A stretch of 63,759 bases of DNA, the filler included, from Bigelowiella natans CCMP2755 (taxonomy: Eukaryota > Protista > Cercozoa): NCBI GenBank assembly GCA_000320545.1. It is 5 parts of 5 records of this genome, joined end to end, with 100 filler letters (N's around TTAATTAATTAA, not from the genome) between each part and the next. Parts side by side here need not be neighbours in the genome. Positions count along the whole stretch, not along the records: positions 48,175 to 60,485 come from ADNK01000034.1; positions 60,586 to 62,316 come from ADNK01003696.1; positions 62,417 to 63,759 come from ADNK01002013.1; 2 more parts are not named here. One strand, 5' to 3'. The stretch's first letter is position 1; every line of letters starts with the position of its first letter. Below the pieces are notes generated by a model. That model worked only from the letters and a program-made list of their open reading frames with translations. It was not told where the DNA came from and ran no database searches. Position numbers and translations under genes: made by a program. Shown one piece after another: positions 55,760 through 63,759 of this stretch.

Positions 55760-58300
55760 AACAACATCGATATTGAGATCATCTGCGTGCAAGCTGTGGC
55801 CATCGTCCACCCGCAAAAACGAACAGCACACGTTTATGTTGTCGGTTGTAGAGGGAAAGGTGACATCGTGAGTGAGCGAGTGAGCGATCGTGGTTCATCA
55901 TCTTATTCGTCATTGGTTCTTGCTTATTACTGTCGAGAGCAACGAGCTCTGGGTGTGACCCCTGTAGTTGAAGCAATTGCTGCATAAGGCCGTGGTAATA
56001 CCGTCGCGCGTCCTCCCTTTCGTCGTTCAGAAGCTTACTGTCACTCCTCCCCCCTCTACTACTACTATTACTTCTACTTCCACTGCTGCTACCCAGGAGG
56101 TAGGCCCCTTGCTGCATCCTCCGTTCACGGGCAGCGGCGAGCTCAATAAGGAGCTCTTTGCATTCTTGCGCAGTCCTGAAGTCCTCCGCAGCGATTGCTT
56201 TTCGCTTTCGATCTTGAAGTTCCTGTTCGCGAAGCAATTCCTCCTTCTCTAGTGCAACACTAGCTGCCGCCGCCTGATGATTCCTTGTACTACTATTGCT
56301 ACTACTACTACTGCTGCAGAGATATAAGTGTTGGGATTTCTCGACGAGGATGTCCGTGCTCCTGTCGCTTGGTTTTGAGAGCAGCAGCAGGGTGTGATGC
56401 CAGTCAATCAAATAGTTGTGGAGCTCGAGAACCTACAGCATATAGGGAGGAGGAAGGCGGTGTAATGTCAGCCCACGGAACGATTGGCGGTGTGCTCTCT
56501 TCGTAGAGGAGCAGAGAAATAATTGATATGATAGGGCCATCGGTATCAATCCTTGCTGGCCCCCTCCTACCTCATCACACTTTCTTCGCTGAATACAAAA
56601 TGGAGGCGCAGCTTTCAAACCTTTACGATGTGATTGCTACCACCTTAAAAAAATGAGAGTTTTGCAGCGGTTCGGAATTGTTCAGGATGGGGGGGTTGCC
56701 TTCCCTGCGAGGTGCCAAACCGATGCTGAGCGCGACCTGCGTCTAATCAAAGACAGGGAGAAATAGTAAAGCGTGTGTATGCATGTATATTCGTTTTGGT
56801 GGTGGGGGGGGGGAGACGGTAATGAAGAGTCAGAGTAGGACGTCAATGAGTGTGCTAATTTACTGCAGCAGCAGGAATCATCTTTCAATTGTTTTTTTAC
56901 CAGCCCACGAAAGTGACGACGAAGCTCCGCCACCAGATGCTGTCTAGAGTCGCCACCCCAAATATCATTCAAAGTTGCTGTGGGGGATTTTCGATCTTGA
57001 ACGTTTTCTTCTACTACCACTCCCAAGAGCACAGAGACCGCCACCAGTAATCGGTGGAAATCAGGCACTACATACGAGTTCTTTCGAAGGTTTTTGCACA
57101 GTCTAGGATGAAGGATATGGCGCTTGATTTGCTTCACAATATCTCCAATTCTTGCCACGCGCTGCTTCAGTGTCTGCAGTGCACTTGTTGTCTGCTCGGA
57201 AAAAAAAGGCCATGGTGAGAATTTGTTTTCACCCGAAACTCTCTACTCCAACAATCTTATCGTTCATATGCTGTGAGGGGATGTCGTCGGAAAATGGAGT
57301 TATTATTTTTGGGTACCGGCGCCTCCCATCTATATGAAAGTCGCAACGAGAAGACTTTCCTGGCCAGGTTATGTCTTGGTATCCCTAAGAATCGTGTGCA
57401 TGTATGTGTAAAGATGATCAAGGGGCAAGATATGAAAACAAACGTGAACCCTGAATTGGTCGGGGAAACTTCATTCGATGTCCGTGCCTTCTTCCAGCAG
57501 TTCCACGATAGCGCCATCTACACTCCCGAAATGCCGCTGAGGTTGGGGCCAAAAGAACATGGTGACGCAAGACACAACACAGCGTTTCCGCGTTCGCTTG
57601 AATTGTGGATTCGGAATTACATTTTATGTTTGAGACGACATCATCCCGCAGCGGGTCTGCAGAAACTTTCTGGGAATCGCTTGATTGTGCTAGCTCACTC
57701 CCAAGCGGTGATGGTGGAGGCAGTTCTAGGAAAGACGAATGGTTATTTATCTTTGTCAGCAGATACTTTATCACGAGTACACATTTAAACACATACATCA
57801 TGTAAGTATGTATTTACTTAACCTCTAGCTCTTTTCTCGGGGAATGCCCGTGGGCTTAAGAGTGTACTCTGCCTCCCAACAGCTGGCCTCTTCTTTCCCG
57901 CAGACCTGAGCGACGAGGAGGAGGAGCGTGCCTGGGAAAAGTCAGGCGAACTAGGAGGGGTCCCCCCCCTTTCGTCGCCCTCGTCATCGGTGCTGAGAAC
58001 ATAGGAGGATACATCAATGAAGATTCTACAGCATCGATTTGAATACAAGTCCCATCACGATCGTAAAGGGCTCGAAGAGTGAGTATGCACCTCAAAGGCT
58101 CGAGGACGAGGCCAGAAAGCGCGGGCTCCATTTTCCTTTTCCTCATGCACGCCAAGGGCGCTCAAATCGGAAAATGACGTCTTTGGGTTGTCGCAGCAAC
58201 AAAATGTTCTGTAATACAATATTTCTTCACCTCCCTCCCACTCACGACAACTCGGAACCAGATCCGGAGAGAACCGAAGAGCAGCAGTTGAGCAATCCGC
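48840..58300 (-). CDS. One or more large hypothetical multi-exon genes (helical, Leu-rich; contains a UvrB/C-type coiled-coil motif)
   Basis: Many minus-strand exon-like segments lie between microsatellite introns. EQELQDRKRKAIAAEDFRTAQECKELLIEL (~56230-56140) resembles a UVR motif. Gene number and boundaries are unresolved. Confidence 0.4.
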
Positions 58301-58389
58301 ATGGATGATGCGGTGCCTGAGCGCAAGATAGAAGTAGCCCCCCTTTGCCAATCTTGTCGAAGCGGGGTAACGAAGAGGTTTAGGAATGG

Positions 58390-60000
58390 ATGGGTTCGGG
58401 CCCGAGAATGAGGAGCAGAGACGAGAAGAAAAGCAGCAAATCCCAGGCTGTTACTACTACTACTACGCTGGTCATTAGGTCTCTCAAAGCCACCTGCGCT
58501 CTTGCCACATTCACGCTCGTTGTGGTGCTCCCATTAGGTCCGTTGTCCGTTGATTTTACACATCCTGTGTTGAAGTATGATATGCGTGTTACTTCAGCCA
58601 TGTGTTGGGAAGTGAGAGGTGGGCGACGGCTTGGTCATGGGATCTTGCGTAATTTGAACGTGGTTTCGAATCCCCCAAAGGAAAGGTTGCATCGAGTGAT
58701 AACACAGTGTGCGTTTTATAATCTCACTTAGTCTCATTTCTGCTTCTTCTTTTTCAGAGCTTCGAAGCAAATCAGGATTGCAAACCCAACGAAGGTATTC
58801 TTCTTCTTCTTCTTCTTCTTCTTTAACCGACTAAAGGGGACATGTCACAAGTTTTATTATTTACACGGTGTGGATTAGTTGGGGACGATAAAGACCTACG
58901 CGGAAGAAGACCCCTGGGCGGATAAGGTTTCTGTTGCCAAGATTCAATACCACGGATGATGATGCAGCCAGGATTTATATATTCTATTGTTCCAGACAAC
59001 AACGAGCGAAGACGACCCTTTCCAAGAAAAGACAAGGGAGGTACTACAAGTGCACGCGTTTTCCTTTGATTTTATACCATGCGACATACGTCGGCGATAT
59101 TAATTTAAAAAAAGCTGACTACTTTCAATGTTTGATCATCGATTGAATCGTCCGAACGCTCAAGGTGTTACCGGATGGAGCAGTACTCGAGAACATGGAG
59201 ATGCCCAAATTTGACGACGGTATTACGCAACTTCACACCTGCTGCAGGGGTTGTTTCTCCTCTGACTTACCGTGCTACTTACTTCCAGAAAATCAAGAGA
59301 TGCAATTTCAAGAAGAGTTCGATGCAGCTTTTCAGAAAGGTGGTCGCAAATAATAATAGGTTGCTCTTATCCATGATCATCATCATTGTCTCGTCGTTCT
59401 GCTGCTCTTTATCTGGTTGTTTACCGCTCGTTGACTTATTCTTCCGTGTCTCCAGCGAGCTGGCAAGAAACTCGAAGAAGAGAGGAGCAGAAGATGCGCG
59501 TGAGGAGGAAAATAATGTAAGTTTGCTGATAATACTGTGGTTAGTCATTCTAACAACTCATCAAAAATAAATGAAACAACAACGCAGAGAGGATAAGCTT
59601 CGCACTTTGGAGAAAATCGAGGAGGAGGAGGCCAAACAAGCGGAAGATCGGAACAAAACGGTTCTTCTCTTCATCTCTTTATCTTTACACGTCTAAAACC
59701 TTTGATGGCTATCATCCAGATCTCCAGCTTGAACAGTACAGGAGCAATAGATCACGTCCTAAAGATCGGTGAGTAGCAGCTACTGCAGCTGGCTACCACC
59801 ACTGCCACTGACAATCAACTTCACTTGTGTTCGATTGGGCATTTGTTCTTTAGCGCTGCTTGACTCGATCCATCCATCGTTGTTATGATCGTTATCACCA
59901 TGTCCCTGATGACGGCTTTACGTGATTCGTACGGTGTGCTTTTCCTTGCTAGGAGAGAATGGCGATCCCTTTCGGATGTTCTTGCTCCCTCCTCCTACGA
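58390..60000 (+). CDS. Hypothetical multi-exon protein with a hydrophobic N-terminal segment and acidic or coiled-coil exons
   Basis: MGSGPRMRSRDEKK...CALATFTLVVVLPLG is followed by GT-AG exons LGTIKTYAEEDPWADK, VLPDGAVLENMEMPKFDD and EDKLRTLEKIEEEEAKQAEDRNKT. Confidence 0.4.
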
Positions 60001-60129
60001 AGTAGTCGCACTACTACTCCTTTTTCGTGCAACACACGCATGCGTCGTGTTGTAGTTGAACATGGACCCACACTCACCAATAATACTTTTATGTTCACTG
60101 TTGGGTTTTGGGGGGAAGGGGTTGCAAAA

Positions 60130-60211
<82 letters not shown>

Positions 60212-60485
60212 ATCGCTAGATCGCTCATGTGCTGTAACATGCGGCAATGTATTTATGGAGGCGCGCGCGCGCGCGTGTATATGCCTGTGTTTAAAGTTAA
60301 TCGCACGTACTTATACATATACAGTGATGAGCCAGCATGGCACGCGTCTGCTCTGACGACGTCGTAGCAATCATGTATCGAATCTTTTGCTAGCATTACA
60401 TGGTCAACTAGTCAACACTTGCTGCTAAAAATTTAAGGGCCGAGCTCGGCACTGATAGCAAATCAGGCGCACCAGCACAGCGGCA

Positions 60486-60585
60486 NNNNNNNNNNNNNNN
60501 NNNNNNNNNNNNNNNNNNNNNNNNNNNNNTTAATTAATTAANNNNNNNNNNNNNNNNNNNNNNNNNNNNNNNNNNNNNNNNNNNN
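60486..60585. other. Assembly gap spacer
   Basis: N44-TTAATTAATTAA-N44. Confidence 0.98.
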
Positions 60586-60969
60586 CAATAGTTTCCTACA
60601 TCAGCGTCATATCGCTTCCTATCCATCCGCAATCACCCCCAGAAGAATATGACTCATTGCCGTGCTCCCACGTACCGGTAGCACACAGTTTTCAGATGTA
60701 AAGCAAAACAATTTCGCATACGCAAGAAACAGCCAGATGCAAAGTATTGTAAGGTGGAATTTAAATCCAAATATAGCACTAAACTTATTTCCAAGGGGAT
60801 TTATCGTCAACCCTTCTCCAGTTGAAATCTTTTTTTTTAATAGTAAAGGGGGGGGGGGGGGGGGGGGGCAACGTTGTTTTATTTGTGTAACGATGTTGCA
60901 CATCACCACACACACACACACACACATACACTCAGTCGTCTATGTCGATCTATCTATCTCTATCTCCCA

Positions 60970-61497
60970 TTAGTTCCTCTCTCTTTCTTGGTAGTTAACC
61001 ACCTCGGCTAGTTTCCTCTCCCTCCATGCTGCGAACGACTCCGGGGTTACAGGGGTACACTTGCTGATATCCTGCAGATGTGTGCGCGCGCGCTTTAGTA
61101 CTAATATACCCCCACAAACTGGTAGCAATGAAAAAAAAATGAAGGACGCCTCAGCGACGGCGGCCGCCGCCTCGCAGACACAACTACCAGTTTCCTGCGC
61201 TTCTTCTCGATTTGTATGCAGATCTCCTGATCGGTGAGGCCGTCCCATGATGCCGCTGCCTCGAGGATATCAAGCTCTTCCTGTGGATAGTGTACATCAT
61301 CGATAACAAGTCAATGACGAATGTGTATTCTAAGACGGCTGTCTTCCGCGCGACCGGACAGGTCGGCTAATATTCAGGGGGGATGGGGGGTGAGGGGGGC
61401 TGCTCATGTGTTAAACGCTACCTTTTTTTCTTCCTTCCATTTGTCGTACAATGCCTGATTGTTGGTCAAAATGGTCAGGTTCGGTTGTGGATATGAG

Positions 61498-61534
<37 letters not shown>

Positions 61535-62130
61535 GTGACCTATCGCTGCTTCACTACCACACTTTTCGTGAATCGATGATAACACACACACACACACATA
61601 CACACACACATACACACGCCATAATATATACATATGATAAAAACTAATGGGAGACTAGGAAGAAATTCGCGCCAAGGCCGTTTCAACCTTCACACCGATA
61701 TGAATTGGAACAGAAATCTGCTGCTGCAGCTGCTGCCGCTTGCTAATATTGATTCCTACCTGCATATCCGGAGCTTTGTCTTTATACTGTTTCTTGAGGC
61801 CTGCTTCCAGCTTGTCGTACTGCCCTTCGTATTTCTCCATAATCGTGGGTATTCTGGGCACCTGAGGTGGACGAATAAGGGGAAGGGCGGGGGAGGGGGG
61901 GGGCGAGTGCATGAATTATGCGATGGTAGAAGAAATTAAAGACCAGTCCGAAGCGTGCTGCTGCCTCTGTCCTCGACGAAACATGCACATAGTGTTCTCT
62001 CCGCATCTTCATCATCATCATCATCGTCGTCGTCAAATACCTTAGCCTTGGCGTACTTCCAGTAAAATTGCTCGAGGACCGCCTTTATTGCATTTCGAGT
62101 GGTAGGTTGTAGCAGTAATCGGCGCTTGTT
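60970..62130 (-). CDS. Partial gene with a DFRP (DRG family regulatory protein; ZC3H15/Tma46/Gir2-like) C-terminal motif
   Basis: Exon peptides: AVLEQFYWKYAKAK-VPRIPTIMEKYEGQYDKLEAGLKKQY; QALYDKWKEEKK; EICIQIEKKRRKL-DISKCTPVTPESFAAWRERKLAE (TPVT.E.F..W motif). Confidence 0.55.
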
Positions 62131-62177
62131 AGTTGTGCTTCTCATTGGATCTTCGCGAGATGCACCATCACAAGTGT

Positions 62178-62285
<108 letters not shown>

Positions 62286-62316
62286 GGGAGAGAGAGGAGG
62301 GAGGGGAGGGGAGGAA

Positions 62317-62416
62317 NNNNNNNNNNNNNNNNNNNNNNNNNNNNNNNNNNNNNNNNNNNNTTAATTAATTAANNNNNNNNNNNNNNNNNNNNNNNNNNNN
62401 NNNNNNNNNNNNNNNN
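62317..62416. other. Assembly gap spacer
   Basis: N44-TTAATTAATTAA-N44. Confidence 0.98.
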
Positions 62417-62569
62417 AGTATGGAAGAAGGGGAAAGCAGGAGCTCAACTATCATCAACAATGAGAGCCAAACAGGTGTTTTGGATGGTTTTCAAGATGGA
62501 CGACGTTCTGTTTACGATGTCTCTACGTTGCGTCATCAACCATTCAATGGATCATTCCACTACTAGCCC

Positions 62570-62834
62570 ACCTTTCCTCCTTCCACGCCGCCATTCGAAT
62601 GCTGATGCACTCTAAGAGGATGTTGCACCACAGCTCCTTGTGCTGCCTCGTGAGCGTCTGGAAGGAGAACGTTCGGTCCATCGTTACCAGGGAGAACTTC
62701 CTCGGCTTGGAGCTCTCCTCCACCTTGCAGTCGCCAGTCACCAGAATAACACCTTTCGGGTCCTGTAAGTTGCGTCGTATCGATTAGCTATGGGAAATGT
62801 GGCGTTTCTCTCTCACTCTCTCTCTCTCTCTCTC

Positions 62835-62876
<42 letters not shown>

Positions 62877-63690
62877 GCTGCTGATATGCGGCTTTCTCTC
62901 TCCAGTACTTGACCAAGGAGAGGCGCTTCCATCGTGCGAGATATATCGGGCTCGCATACGCTGAGCCCCATTGCGCCATGTTGATGACATCAGATGCAGC
63001 GTGCATTTAGCATATTCACTGCACATTTCTAGTGCCGAAGTCACGGACGACAGAACAAACCTTTCGGATGTTGTTGTAGTATTTTATCTCAATCCGGCTG
63101 TCTATCCGCTCGATCTCCATGTAGCGCTGCTGCAGCTTGTTCTTGAACGCGCCGCCGAGCTTCAGCACCGCCGAGGCGAAGATGAATCCGCCCTGCCATC
63201 GTCATATTTGGGAGGACGCGGGATCATCATCACGTAAGGCTTTTTTTCTCTCCCCCCATCCCCCCCCCCTCCCCCATATCTCTCTCTCTCTTTCTCTCTC
63301 TCCCTCTCTCAATTAGAGTATGTGCGTGCGTGCGTGTGTGTGTGTGTGTGTGTGCGTGCGTGTGCGTGCCAACCTCCTTCATAGCGATGTTGCGCGACTG
63401 CTGCTCCGGAGGCTGCCGCATAGGTCCATACAGCGGCGAGTCCACGAAGACGTAGCACGCGCGCGAGTCGCGGAACGCCTCCGCCCCAGAGGCGTGCATG
63501 ATCATGCCGAGGTTGATGAGCTCATTGCCGATGTCTTCGGACTCCTTGCGCGACCTGGCGTGGCCTTTCATGATCAGGAAATCAACCGCTTCGGAGCCGA
63601 GGAAGCACTGTTTCACCATCTTCAGGCCGTTGCGCCGGTCCTTGGACTTGACGCTCATCCGCATCTGCTGCACCGCCTTCCAGAGAACTG
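62570..63690 (-). CDS. DEP domain + PH domain signalling protein (partial)
   Basis: DEP: KDRRNGLKMVKQCFLGSEAVDFLI...SRKESEDIGNELINLGMIMHASGAEAFRDSRACYVF. PH, split over exons: AVLKLGGAFKNKLQQRYMEI...IKYY and DPKGVILV...KFSLVTMDRTFSFQT...KELWCNIL. Confidence 0.85.
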
Positions 63691-63759
63691 CGAACGAGGG
63701 TCTTTTTCGCGGGGGTTTTCAAAGGCTTTTGGTTCGGGAAAGGGGGGGGGGGGGGGAGA

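Noticed and set aside
57294-57788. ORF beginning MELLFLGTGASHLYESRN, strongly resembling the RNase Z N-terminus
   Set aside because: No downstream DCGEG or HxHxDH metallo-beta-lactamase motifs were found, and it overlaps plausible minus-strand exons. It is probably coincidental.

Overview
Intron-rich nuclear DNA of a flagellated unicellular eukaryote. The style is reminiscent of a chlorarachniophyte such as Bigelowiella, but that cannot be proven from the sequence. The window is five contigs joined by artificial N44-TTAATTAATTAA-N44 spacers. Most short ORFs in the track are microsatellite artefacts. Manual splicing recovers about 17 genes, mostly in alternating head-to-head and tail-to-tail order: a WS/DGAT (3' part), a SNAP43/SNAPC1-like protein carrying an AP2 domain, a ~1100-aa uncharacterised protein with a GATase-like module, a secreted beta-helix protein ending in a Hedgehog-type Hint/Hog domain, a GT32 glycosyltransferase, an NHL-repeat protein followed by a decayed Ty3/Gypsy RT, a Tudor-like low-complexity protein, IFT46, a PX/SH3-like protein, a tail-anchored Ubl-like protein, TAF9, an anoctamin, a DFRP-like protein, a DEP-PH protein and several hypothetical genes. 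The most notable signals are three. (1) Intergenic patches almost devoid of TpA except in CTA/TAG context, which suggests a localised, context-specific TpA->TpG/CpA mutational process; a recurring AGCTCTAGAGCT palindrome sits in the same kind of spacer. (2) The beta-helix-Hog autoprocessing protein. (3) The SNAP43-AP2 fusion. Exon boundaries and family assignments come from reading by eye and recalled motifs, not from database searches.
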